A DNA stretch of 64,000 nt from Botryllus schlosseri (taxonomy: Eukaryota): assembly GCA_051294905.1 (NCBI GenBank), contig CM119371.1, positions 9,302,001 to 9,366,000 on the forward strand. The letters run 5' to 3'. Position numbers and translations under genes: made by a program. The notes under the pieces are model-generated. The model was not told where the DNA came from and made no database searches. It saw only the letters and a program-made list of their open reading frames with translations. Positions 26,628-40,000 of this stretch are shown one piece after another; position 1 is the stretch's first letter, and each line of letters begins with the position of its first letter.

Positions 26628-29097
26628 GATTTTGAGAGTAAAAATAATCGAAATCTATAGCTGAAAAGGATCAAAATTTAGTCATTCATAGACATCGATA
26701 GAAGATACCAATATTATTAATAGTTGAAGGAATTCGACACGTTTCATAGGGAACGCACTCAATCAATGAGGGGCATTGTATTCCGATCTTTAGTATTTTT
26801 ATGCGCCCACTCGGAACGCTTCGAAATCATTTCAGTACGCGTCCTTGTACAATACACAGGGTTGCATTTAAAACAAATGGTTGTTTAAAACACTTGATCA
26901 TGTTTTAGTTAGACAGTGTTTTAAACAAACGGTCTATTAGTTTTGTTTGAGTTGTTTTCGTCTAATTATGCCATAATTGTGTAAATACTTTCCAAAAACA
27001 TGTTGTATGAATCTACGGACGATTATTACGGAATATAGCCGACGTATACGATATGGGATGGTTGGAACCCTCGAAATAGTCGGTTCAATAGCTATAGTAC
27101 GTTGATATCGATCATTGGTACGGAATGAATGTTCTGATGATGACGACCGCCGACCGTAGAAATGCTACATGGCAATGTAGCCCTGGTTAAATATATTTTT
27201 GATCCGTATATGACAGTGGTTGGCAGCTTATTTTGTGGAAGGAGCCATATTTACCCTATATTTTCAATCGTCAAAGTCAATTCGCTATGACGTCCCGATT
27301 GAATATTCATGACGTCACGACTTAAAAAACAACAAAAAAACAACAACAATAAATACACGTTTTAATCAAGGGCCTCGTGCAACCCTAATAATAACCCAAT
27401 ACACGAGAATGTCTCGATGATTGAAAGGTTTGATCGTCTGGGACGGATCAGTAATGATTACCGTATCTGCATTGGATGCAATTCTGACCCGTCGGAATAC
27501 CCTGATAGCTTTGACTTGGGCTCAGTTAACTATTTATTCTCTTGTCGGCAAGAGACGCATTGCAATGGCGTGCGCAATCAGTGGATAGAAAGTATTCAAT
27601 GCCTCTATAAAGTTGAATAGGTAAGGGCTCCCGAGACTGAAGGACGTTGTAGCCGGAGATAGTCAGGTAAAGACACGAATGTAGCGTACTTCTACTATTA
27701 GCCGAGCTCATTCGGCCATTGTATCAGGCACTAAAATGGGTAGGCAATGTCAGATCGTAGCCTGTAATCATGCTCGCATACTAGTATTCATTGAATAGAA
27801 TCGTGTCTAGTGGCCTATACTTATACCTGTTACATTTTGAATTAAGTCGTCGAATTTCTCAGGGCAATGACAGCGCCACATTAGTAACTGTCGGTAGCAA
27901 GGAGTTCCTAGCTTTATATTGATTCTTCAGTAATTGGTGGATCATTTCTGTTGGTATTTATGGTATCGCCCGATATTGCGTACTTTCCATGTTACTGTGT
28001 CCAATGCCCCTACACACGCCTTCGATTCACCTGAACCTTCTCCACGCTTCAGTAGAATCAACCACGATGGTCCTGTTAACTCTCAATCTCTCATCGTATG
28101 GCCAAGAATATCGCGCTCGTGAACAGCTCGTATAAAATGATGGTAATAATGCGACGCGCAAATAGCAACGCAGCATTTGGTAATCGCTATCATTTGTCCG
28201 ATGTGATACATCTGAGGAAGGCCATTCAATGATTGGATCTCGCTCCGCGTCTTAATGGATATTTAGGCTGCGAAAATTGATATTAAAGTAATGGTTAACT
28301 GCTGGGAATTTTTGAGGTGTTCGACGCAGGAAACTAATTGCCTGCCACTTTCACAAACTCAATCAATAATAATAATCAATTGTTGGGTTATAATTTTCAT
28401 CAGAACAAGTTACACACAATATACGATGCGATAAGACACAATGCGATGTAATGAACAGATAGGAGGATATCGAACGACACGCAGTTGCGATCCTTTTTAG
28501 ACTGACATCCACCTCGGCCTAGAGTGCCCGATGTAACAGTTCTTTTCGATGTTGATCTTTTAAAGCCGCGGCCCTTTCTAGGTCTTTCCATTCCTTGTGA
28601 GTGCTTTCTTTAGTCGGGTCTTTTTTTGTGTCGCCATATATTTCAACCTACCGTGAACGAACTCACTTTGCCTACTGCCTATTACTGTCAAGCTTGGTGA
28701 ACACGAGTGAATGGATCCAGTTTACGAGTAGGCCGACAACCTGGGCACAATCGTTCGAGTTCCCGAATGCGACTTGCGTATCAACTCTAATGCTGCGAGT
28801 GTAGTAGTAAGAGATGCTTATTTCGAGAATTGAAGCTACACGCTCCCTGTCATTAACAGTTGATTTATCAGCGAAAATGGTTTCGATACTATTTCCACTG
28901 TGAAATCCATATTTTCCATTGGGAACTCCTTGAAACTACTATATTCCATTGCGAAATCCTTGAAACCTCGACTCGGGAAACGTGTAGTAGCCTACAAAGC
29001 TACGCTGACGTTGGTGATCTGTTATGTCGTGATCAAGCCGCACCATTGTCACAAAAGGCAGTGAAGTATAGGCATAGCGGACAAAATAACAAATTAC

Positions 29098-31330
29098 ACC
29101 GGTTAACACATATTTTTGAGCAGACAAAGTAAGAGTGGTTTTGGGGGTTCTAAAGGGCACCGATTCCGAATATGACCTTAGTTTTTTCAAGTTGGATCTT
29201 GTTGTGGAGATAACCCATTGGGCTATTTTGACCAAAATCTCCGATTTTCGCGGTAAGGACTAGATATAAAATCAGCTCACTAATGCTATGAAGTTTAGAA
29301 AATCTATTTACCTGTTATTTTTACACACAGAAGACTCTTTTAAATCAATATACAGCAACAGCACTATATTTAGGGGTATTACATTTATCATAGTTACAGA
29401 TTTTCACGGATATCATGTAAATAAATGAACTCCATTCATGTTCATAAGTAGGCCTATTTGCCTAGATACTCAAATAACATGGCATCAATTCAATCAGTTT
29501 TACGCCAACCACCTATTGTAAATTTGAAATAATCAGTTCTAATATAATATTATTGATATATTTTGAATCGCAATTGTTTTATTTAAGATTTTCGCCTGTA
29601 TGCTATCTAGTCCAGTTTTTTGGAAGCTTCCGGCCATGGTCTGACATAATATGTCCAATTGTTCATCTCATCTCCCCTGATATCTTTCTTTAGTTGTTCT
29701 GATGTCTTGGTAGAACCTCTACCCTTGCTAATCAACAAGATAATCAAAAAATATATCAAGATTTCTGAACTGGAACTCAACTTTTATGCTCATCTGTGTG
29801 CTGAAGTGTTCGATATGCAGATACTAATATTCGGACCAACTGTTTGTGGTTGGGTGATTTATGATTCCCTTAAAAAAAAAATTATTTACTACATCTTAGG
29901 AGAAGTTACATGCAGTGAACTCCTTCCTAATGTGAAATTGGAATCTTTCATCCGTATTCGAATGTACCGGATACCAGATTTAAGCTTCTCGTTTGATAGG
30001 GTTACTAGGTACACCCATTTTATTGACTTTGCGAAGAATTATCCATTTACCAGTGAGAAGAAGAGGCATACGAGTATTGTAGTTAAGCTTTCCAAGGACA
30101 AATTTTATAGTTTTATACACCTCTCTAATCTTGGTATAATGACCAATTGATACAGGAGAATATGTATTTCCGTGGTGCAAAAGTACAATTTTGAGGCGTG
30201 ACAAACTGCTTTTTTGACAAACAAATATTTCGCATCATGTCATGCTAATATTGATAGAATGACTTATAATGGCATAGGGGTTTTTCATAGCTAATTAGTT
30301 ATTTGTATAAAATTAGAAAAATGTCACTTTTTCCTGCCAAGTGAAATATTTGAAGGTAAATACAGTAGGGTTACATATTTCTGCGACCTAAATTCTGGAC
30401 ACTCTTTAGCGCCCACTAGTGGATTTCAAAATGTATTACGACGTCACACTAGCAAAGCTTTGCTCGTAGACCAGAGGTAGTCACGATCCGGCCCAGGAGT
30501 ATGTTCATGAACTTCATGTCTTATTGTCTTGCCGATAAGATTGAATTTCAGCCATATGCCGGTGTGCACCACGGAGCTTTATGAACACCCCCGACCCAGT
30601 GGTTTCCAACCTTTTATGGTCACTACTCGATCTCCAATTTGAAAATGTTCCGTGGCCAAGATCAATGACGACCTAGAAGTCAGCACCTTTGCCCAGACTT
30701 ACTCGCGGGCTATTTTGGAAGCTGATTACGTTCAACATATTCGCAAACCACGGGATAAAGGCTAACGACCCCAACGTTTGGAACCACTATCTTTGTAAAG
30801 CATTTAAAGGGCCTTAACGATCTCTAGGAATATACCGTTCTCCTATAATTGCGATTACAATTGGGCTTATTTCAGTAAATGGAGGTTGTTTTTATTTATA
30901 TTTTATTGCAGTGTTTGCGAGAGTGGTAGTCTCCAGATTAAAATCCAAAAAAGTGATAGTAAATCGCGCGCAGCGCGAAGAAAAATCATGCATCAGCATA
31001 AAAAGTCCCCAAAACAAGGTTTTTATGTTGATTTACGAAAAAATTATGATCCCATGTCAAGTCTTCTAAATTCCGGACATTTGACATATTTTAGAAATTC
31101 CTCCCGGACGCTAGCTCGAACAGTGAAATTCCGGACATGTCCGGGAAATTCCGGACGTATGGCAACCCTAAAATACAGTAATGTTGACCTTTTTTAGGGG
31201 TATAAATATCTTCTGACAAAGAGCCAATCTGACAAAACTAATGTGATATTCGTAATCAGCAAGCTCAAAAAAAAAACTGAAACGGCTTCCAGATGTTCTG
31301 CCTAAAAAAATTCATTATGTTGACCACGGT
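29098..31330 (-). mobile_element. Decayed Chapaev-like (CMC) DNA transposon with nested MITE pieces
   Basis: Peptide SRLKIVLLHHGNTYSPVSIGH....EVYKTIKFVL..LNY (29980-30204) resembles the Chapaev3 LKAVLLHNGN motif; weak TIR ccggttaacac / tgttgaccacgg. Confidence 0.6.
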
Positions 31331-32994
31331 TATCTTTAAAGTGATTTAGACCTGGCATCATAGTCTTTGTGATCGCATGAAATGTACATATTTGATGTTT
31401 TCCCATCTCGCGTGCTTCCATGACGTCATAAGTGACACTCGAATACACGACCGTACTCATAATAATACTCGGTTCATGGTCTAATCATTCATTTACTCGA
31501 TTTGGCAAAGCCAAAATCCCCTGAGGTATATCTATATTGACGTTTTCGCACACTGAAGTGGACGTGGAACTGTTGTACATTGTACACGAAAGTGCGCTCT
31601 ACCAGATTTGCACCTTGAGCTATGGCGAGAATCAGTATTTACGCACGAATTCCGTTTACTACGTTGTGAAATAAATTTCAACGTCGTTGCTCGGCTTCTG
31701 TAGTGAGTTGATCACTAAATAAATGTCACATCCTATTTGGGAAACTTGAGTACTAAAAGAGATCAACGGTCAGTCTCTTCATTTAGACCCAGGGCCAAAA
31801 CAGCACTCCGTCACCCCCCCCCTAAAACGTTGTTGTTTGGCTCCCGCAGAATGATCAACCGAACTTCTGGAGGTGGTCGACCCCAGACCCTTCCTAACAC
31901 GGCTACTACACTATCAGAAATAATTGTTATCTGACAACACCCCGTGTTTGGTCATCAGCTAGTCTCGCCATGACGCGAGGAAATTTCAAATTCTCGATGG
32001 AATGTTGTCAATAAAACCAGTAATCGGATAACAGCTGGATCATTTTTCATCCCACGTGATCAGATTATACGGTATAGCTGAAGGAGGTGGTCTCTTCGAA
32101 AACATGAGGCACGTTAATTACATGCTATCAATAATCATACGTATTCGGGGCCCGTTTTTATTAAATGTTCTTGAATGTTATCTTAAATGGTCTGATTTCG
32201 TGATCTCCCGCCTGCTATATAATTACAAAACATTGGAATTGCCGAATAATGACTGAAACAAAAACCTCTTACGCGAGACTCGCAGGTTGGCATTTCTTGC
32301 ATCATTTTCTCTGATTACCATTTAGTAGCTTATATAAGCATTGAACAATTGACAATTGGACATATATATTCGCACATGAAGTTCTCAACCAACATTTGGA
32401 GGTCATTTTCGGCGAAGCATTTCTGGCCGCCAATATTTTGGTAGCGCACTTTGCGGAGTCTTGTATTGGTCGAAATATAATATATTTTGGAGTGTCGTGC
32501 CTTGGTAATGGAAGGCGTGAAACGCCAATTTGTATAAGTAAAATTAGAATCGATTGTTTATTTGCATCCATTCATATTAAGATCAAGACATGTAGTGAAA
32601 TTAAATCGCGCACAGTGCGAAAAAAATTATAACTTCAATAATTCTACCAGAAAATACTATCTATGATTCAGTTTATTCACGAAATAGTTATGGGCCCTCT
32701 TCGAATTGAGGGAATATGGGTGCTGCAGTTAAGACGCTACTAAGACCGATTACAAATAAAAACGCGATCACCATTTTCGTGATCGCAGATAAAAGGCGAA
32801 TGAGCGTCGGGTTGAAAACACTGGACTGCATGCATCTCCGCGGCAGACCTTTTTCACCTTGCGCAACTGGAACAAGAACTAGAATTACATACGTTTTAAT
32901 ATTCGCCACAAGAGATAAAACTAGAATCATGACAACTCAACAAATCAGTGGTTAATTGAGCTTTACCCAACTATTGGATTGGTAGTTTGTATAT

Positions 32995-35900
32995 TAGGGA
33001 GGTGTGAACCTCGAAGGTTCAGGTTCGTGTGAACGCGAATCCTTTTGAAAGGTTCTGCATGAACGCGAACGTGGACCTCGTGATGTCACGTGACGTCAGT
33101 GCTAATTCCAACCCTACATTCCGTGAAGTGATAGCTTATATTATTGTACACCAGGGGTGGGCAATTATTTTCCTCCGCGGGCCAAAAGAGAAGTTGGATA
33201 TACGTTGGCGGCCCGAGTGAAAATTTTAGCTACATTTTTCAGCGTATTTTAATTTCATTTCCAAGTTACATTGTTAATAAATACTGCTCAGTGAATGTGT
33301 TCAGGTCAGGTAATGAAAAAGTGACGGTAAATGAAAAAAATGTATATTTGCCGTCATGATTCGAAACAATGGTAAACATGATACATTTCTAACTCTCTTT
33401 AAACCCATATCCACATCACTCTATGAAGTGGTTCTCTAAGTTTGTTAGGCACGCGTCTCTTCATGATAGTGAAAAATTAGCACCCCGCTAATGATATCAC
33501 AAAATATTAGGTGCATTCAGAATGTTAGCAATCCCAACGGATAGTTTGATGACATGGAAGTTTATGGCTTTTGATGAGGAAATTCTGAAATATCAAATTC
33601 TGAAATATCAGAGTCGGACAATACACTGAGCAACAACTGCCAGCTTGGGGTAAATCGCGCGGATCGCGAAAAAGAAATTCTCAATAAACTTCGGTTTCGC
33701 GCCCCCTTCTGATGCTTTTACGTCTCCAGTTCGAGAACCACTGCACTGAAATGTATATGCAATCAGAGGTGGTCAGGAACGAAGTACTTCTACTTTTTAG
33801 AAGTACTCAAGTAGTTTTCCTCTACTTCTGGTACTTACCCAAGTAGATATATTTTTTTTTACCTCTACTTCTACTTCGTAATATTGTGTGGTCCACATAC
33901 TTACTTTTATCTATTTTAAGTTGGTCAAGTTGAAGTGGTTTAGTACCCCCAATACAAAAGATAGAGGAATGAGGAATTTCGGGGCTTTTTTCACGGCGTA
34001 CCAACATTTAATATTCCTAAAAGTCAAGTAAAGCCCAGAAATTTTGTTGCGCTTCGCGCACAGTAGTTATGGTGTGACAACTATGTTTTCAGGAAAGTAT
34101 CAGTGAATATAATTTAGGTACCGGATTGCTTGCTTCCACTAACACCGCATTGTCGCCCATATCAAATATTTCATCAAAGTAAATATGACCCACCGTAACG
34201 TTTGAAACTACCGTTTCGCAATCTAGCAATTACCAATGATGTCGTAATATAGCAGCCCATTGCGTGTCTTTGTAATCTGGAAAATCCAGCATTTCTTAAC
34301 GTTACACCTGTATTAGCAGATCACCTTCGAAGTTTTATGGACAAAAGACACGAAACATAGTCTCCGCTTTTTAAAAAGTGGTATTTGTATTCTACTTTCA
34401 ATTGCGAGTATCATGCTTTGAGTTCTGTAATTACTTGCAGTTCTTCTATCTGCAGAACATACATGTTGAAGCATAAAAGCAATTGAAATAATGCCTCTAT
34501 TTTCCGAAAATAAAGCTTCACTAAATATAACTTTTACAATCCACAATATTTGCTATTAGCGTATACCAATCGCGCAGAGTGATGAAACCGTATCCGATAA
34601 AACTTCTACGTATTGCACTTCGCCTAAACCTGAGCCCTTATGATATGCGGTAGGGCGCCATGCCATGATATTCTCCAAAACGAGGTCTTCTAGTAAACAA
34701 AGGGAGAGTATCGCATTTTCATATCAACACTATAATTTGCATCTCATGATACGAAAAAAATGCTTCTTCTGCCGAAAATCGATACCTCCTGGGATGCATC
34801 ACTACGATCAAGCTCCCTGCACCTTCCGCGTAGCTCAATTCGCAGCTTTTGACAGTCCATGCGAACGAAATAAGACTTATTTCAAAACTACTTACTTACT
34901 TCAGTAGATTTAAAGTCAATCAATTCTACTTCAACTTCAAGTAGTTTTAGGTGGCTTATTAAAGAAGTACTTCTACTCGTACTTGAGTATATTTTTTCGT
35001 GGCTACTTCTACTCCTACTGGAGTAGCTTGACTACTTTGACCACATCTGTATGCAATGGTACAAAAGTAATTTTCTTGTTCGCTGCCTTCGAGTCGTGTA
35101 CAGCTTAAATAGCTTTGATGCTGAGCGAAGCTTGCAGTTTTTTTGAGCTTCGCCCTACCTTGGCTGAGTGCGTGTTTTTTGTCATAAAACCGACATTAAT
35201 TAAACTCCCTGATCTCTTCGACAAGTTCGGCAAAAACTAAAATGCTGGTTTACCCTGACTCGATTTACAAATGTTAAGTGGTTTCAAGTCTAAACCTTCT
35301 TTGAATTTCAGTTTTCGGCTTTCTTTCTTGGCATGCCCGTTAATCCTATATGGGTGATAGATATGATGAGTCATGTAGTAATCGAGAGACTGGTTGACTT
35401 GTTTTACGAATTAGGGATTTGGAAACGTATCAAGTAACAATTGAAAGACAGACCGTAGGCTATAATGGCTAATGTTGACAACGGCAACAAAGAATGACTG
35501 AACTGAACTATATGGAAAGAGTGATTTCTTGTAACTTTGTTTGCTATTCATACTTTCCACATTGCCTTTATTTGGAATCCGGATTACGCATGTGACGTAG
35601 GTAGGTACCGTAATCGTGGCATATTAATGAACAGGCTTCAAAGGAAATGAAATTCCTGTTGAGTTGATGCAGTCTATGGTGTAGGTCATTCAGAAAGCAG
35701 TCTATGGTGTTTCGAATTCCAAGCAACCTTTCGCGGGCCGCACAGAATAGCCTTTGCCCAGATGTATTGTACACGATACCTAGCGACGACTCGGGCCGCA
35801 TAATGCCACAATGCTAAAGTACTATTGACGTTCGAAACGTCGCTAAATGTATAAACTGAGGAAATGTAATCGGCGCCTGAGTATTGCTACGTTGATACTG

Positions 35901-36385
35901 AGCAGAGTGTAAAACGGATTTCTATACTTGCTACCGATATTACCCTATTGGCAAGTTCGACCCCGTACTCCTGCTACATATTTTTACATCAGACGACGAC
36001 GATATCAATTACAATGATTGATTGGTTCGCTGACTACCCACATATAGTACGGGGCAAGCTCACAGCAAAGAGTCGCTAAGTATTCACAAACGGAAAATGG
36101 ATATTTCGCGCAAGCTTTTGTAACAAAGCAAGTAAAATTTTGGAAAGGTTCATGCCCATTTGGTGTTGGATTTTGTTACGCTGCCGGCGCCATGCATAGA
36201 GTGGTGCGAAGTTGTAATGCAAGGAATTTCAATCAAAGATGTTATAATGACACGAAAATGGCCATCTAAGTGACATGTTTACACTGCAGAACCTACCAAG
36301 GTTCGTTTGTGATCGTGAACCTATAAATTTCAGAGGTTCAGACATCTAACGCAAACGTATAAACCTCGCGTTAACACCACCCCTA
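32995..36385. mobile_element. hAT element (TAGGG..CCCTA) hosting nested hATs at 33152-~35764, ~33427-33743 and 33764-35049
   Basis: Outer TSD ttgtatat/ttgtatag; ttgtacac on both sides of the second layer; perfect TSD tatgcaat around 33764-35049. Confidence 0.8.
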
Positions 36386-37076
36386 TTGTATAGGTACGGT
36401 CCGTGTAAAATGTAAATTGCCAGATCTTCGTAACATTGTTCGCCGCAAATTGGAATTGCCAGAAAATTTGATTTTATCGATTGAATTTCGGTTCGGTTCA
36501 AATGGCCTGCCTCACGCTCCTCCATGCGTAATATATTTTGTAAGGATCAGGGAAACATCTATTTATGTTGAAGTGTGCCACGCTATCTCGTCACTTCAGG
36601 GATTCTGACCAATATCAGTCTTTTGTGACATGGATGTCGCTGTCGAAACGCAATAGTCATCATCATGCAGATCAAGCACGTCGCAGTGACGGAAGCCAGG
36701 GCAATTATCATTCGCAACCGTACAGGCATGATTTGCCTGACAAAATTCGAAATAATCATAAACCTATTATACGACGGCCTCATTCGTTTTTAAAATCTGT
36801 CTAGTCGCGAATGTGTTGATCAAGTTAATGATGAAAAGTCGAAGTATTCGTATTGTGGCCTATAACATATTGAAGTTTCATCGTGCACGGAGTTAGAAGA
36901 TTGGACAAGTTACAAGATTGGGCGAGGGAGTCGCATATGGACAATGTCTTGAGTCAGACTCCCCCCTCCTATCCCTGGGTCGAACGGTCTCTTACTCTAT
37001 TTGATTACACGTGTCTTCATTTCAGAACTTTAATTTACGCTAATATAAGACTTCAGTATAGTAGACAACGTTCATC

Positions 37077-40000
37077 ATGGAATGTTTTGGCAATGAACCA
37101 GTGCAGCCGGACAGTATAGATGTGTTGGTGATTTTGGCCGGTAACATATTGACCTCTTTCTGCTCTCTTGGCATTTATCGCTGCCTGGGAACATTCAACG
37201 GCGGTATCAAGACTGAATTCCACGTCAACAACTACGAGATTTCGCTAGTACAAGGGCTGTTCACGGGATTCATGTCCTTCGGAGGTATGAAAGCATTTTG
37301 TGCATGTATTCTCGTTGTGGTACGGCCAGAGGCGGTAAAATTTGTCCGCGTTATTATCAGTGGCGGCTCGTGACAATATCGGGTGGTGGGGCAGGGGGTG
37401 TACGCAATTTCAATTGTCTAAATGATGTCACAATAGTCTATTCCGACGTGAAAATGTGACTTCGTGTTGGTCACACACAGTTTGTATGGGGTAGACATTA
37501 GGCATGAAAACAAGGTATTTCAAATTATTCGTAAGAAAATATGAAGTACAGTAGTGCATACCTGCATATTTTAACGTTTGTATCAGTAGGCCTATTGCGC
37601 GCGGCGTGATTTCATAGTTTCAAAATGTTCAATGACTAGTTGATTGAATACCCCGAATGAGAGCGTTGAGAATCGTGAGCACATCAAACGCATCGAGCTT
37701 AATTACAGCAGCAAAGTTGATAGAGAGCGATTTTTCAACTACAGGGATTTTCAAAGTTCACCAGTGGTTACTATACTTCGGAAAAAGATGTATTGGAATA
37801 TAAACAAGTGAACTGGAGCCGAGCAATCAGCAATGTAGACCATAGGGTAATATCGAGAAAACGTTTGCAGTCCCAGACCACATGCTTCGGATCACGATAC
37901 CCAATTTCGGTCGAACTAGAGACACTGTCCCCTGGCGCCAGCAGTGTAAAAGTGCATAACAAGGCGTCCTTATCCTTGGATATACGTCAGCCTTTCATTT
38001 TTTATCGAAATACGTTGGGAAAGGGTATGAGTGCGCTTTCCTTTCGTGTGCGATTAGATTAATGGACCATTTCCAGGCTGGTAAGGGCCGAGTCTTGCGT
38101 AAAACACCGAATTTAGCGTAAAATTTATTGAGGAATAGGCTAATCAAGTGATCAGATGTTAGCCGTCATCGAAAACGAGCTAGCTATATCGCGCTTGACA
38201 TGGCGTTATCAGTAGGGCAATTTTTTTTTACCTAAAAACGGAAGATTTTGACCTAAAATATCTAAGTTTTGACTTTTTTTTGACCTAAAAAACTGAAATT
38301 TGACCAAATTTTGATCTTAGGTATACAAATTAGGTGTTTTCACACATAATGTCAAAATTGTACTACTTATCTTCATTTCTACTTGGAACTGTCTGTCCTT
38401 ACAAAGTAGATTGGCCTGAAAAACGTTTTAATCACAAAAACGAGCAAATTTTTTACATGAAAAAACAATTGAATAGCACATTCACACTGAAATGAACCGG
38501 AACACCCCCGGCCGACACCCGCCAGGGGCAACTGCCAGCAACCAGTAGAGAACCGGAAAGAACACGGCACATCAACAATCGCATCACAAAATATGACGTC
38601 ATTTGTGTGACTTGGAGTCGACTTTTATCAAAATACACCAACCAAAACTCTGTCAACAAAAGGAGTTCGTCTACCACCTAAAAATAGTACATTAAACGCT
38701 CTCTCTTTCATGCTGGTGACGTCATATTTTGCGACACGACCGCCGACACACCATGCTTCTTCCAACTCTCCACCAGCCGCCGACGACCACCCCCGACGAG
38801 TGCCAGCCGAAAACACTCGGGCCCACCTCAATATGAATACACTATTCAATTGTATATTGAAGTTCTGTACCTCCAAGAAGCCCATGAAAAAACTAGTATT
38901 TTAACGAAATCTGGCCCTATGAAGAATTCCAGTAGTTACATTACGTATTATGGTGGAAATAATTAAAATTTGTTGTAGTACAACGAACGAAAGACAGCTT
39001 ACTTTCCTACATTCTCGGGTAGAAAGTGTTTGTCCTTACTAAGTAGCTTGCCAAGAATGGAGAAAGAACGTTAAACAGCAGCGGGTGTTGGCTGACAACA
39101 CTGAAGTTGTGTGCACACTGCTGGTGACACACCGTGTTGCTTCATTCTGACAATGTTGTCTATATCACAATTTTTCAGCTTGCGCTTCTTGATATAAGAA
39201 TCATGCAACGTCCAAGCAGTCTTGCTTCAGTTAGTATATTGCGGTACGTTGACCATAAAACCATGTCACTATTTGTTTCATTTGATCGTTTATGATTCAC
39301 AATGAGCAGACGATGGGTCGTTTTACAACGGTAGGCCTATAAAGTAGGTTACAAGCTCTAAAATAGCAAGTGATAAATTCACCGACAGCGCAAAATCTAC
39401 GATACAAACAAAATTCAGAGGTCAGAAAATGTTTGACTTTGTAAACAATTTTGACAAATTTTTGACAAATTTTGTCCTAACGTTACAATTTTGACCTAAT
39501 TTTCATTTTTTTTTGACATGTCAAAAAAAATCGCCCTCGTTATCAGCAATATAGGCTTGAAGGCCTGAATTTCACTATGAAATCTACATTGGAGAATATA
39601 TAATAAGTAGGGCAATTTTTTTTGACCTAAAAAACGGAAGATTTTGACCTAAAAAATCTAAATTTTGACCTTTTTTGACCTAAAAAAACTGAAATTTGAC
39701 CAAATTTTGACCTCACGTATGCAAATTAGGTGTTTCCGCATATAATGTTAAAATTGTACTACTTATCTTCATTTCTGGTTGGAACTGTCTGTCCTTACAA
39801 AGTAGATTGGCCTGAAAAAACGTTTTTTGCTCAAAAACTGACAGATTTTTACATGAAAAACTAGTATTTTAACGAAATCTGGCCCTATGAAGAATTCTAG
39901 TAGTTACATTACGTATTCTAGTGGAAATAATTAAAATTTGTTGTAGTACAACGAAAGATCCTTTCCTACATTCTCGGGTAGAAAGTGTCTGTCCTTACCA

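Noticed and set aside
32688..32780. Signal-peptide-like minus-strand ORF (MVIAFLFVIGLSSVLTAAP...)
   Set aside because: Its 3' half is the end of the interspersed repeat also found at 24268 and 41195, and it stops after 28 codons.
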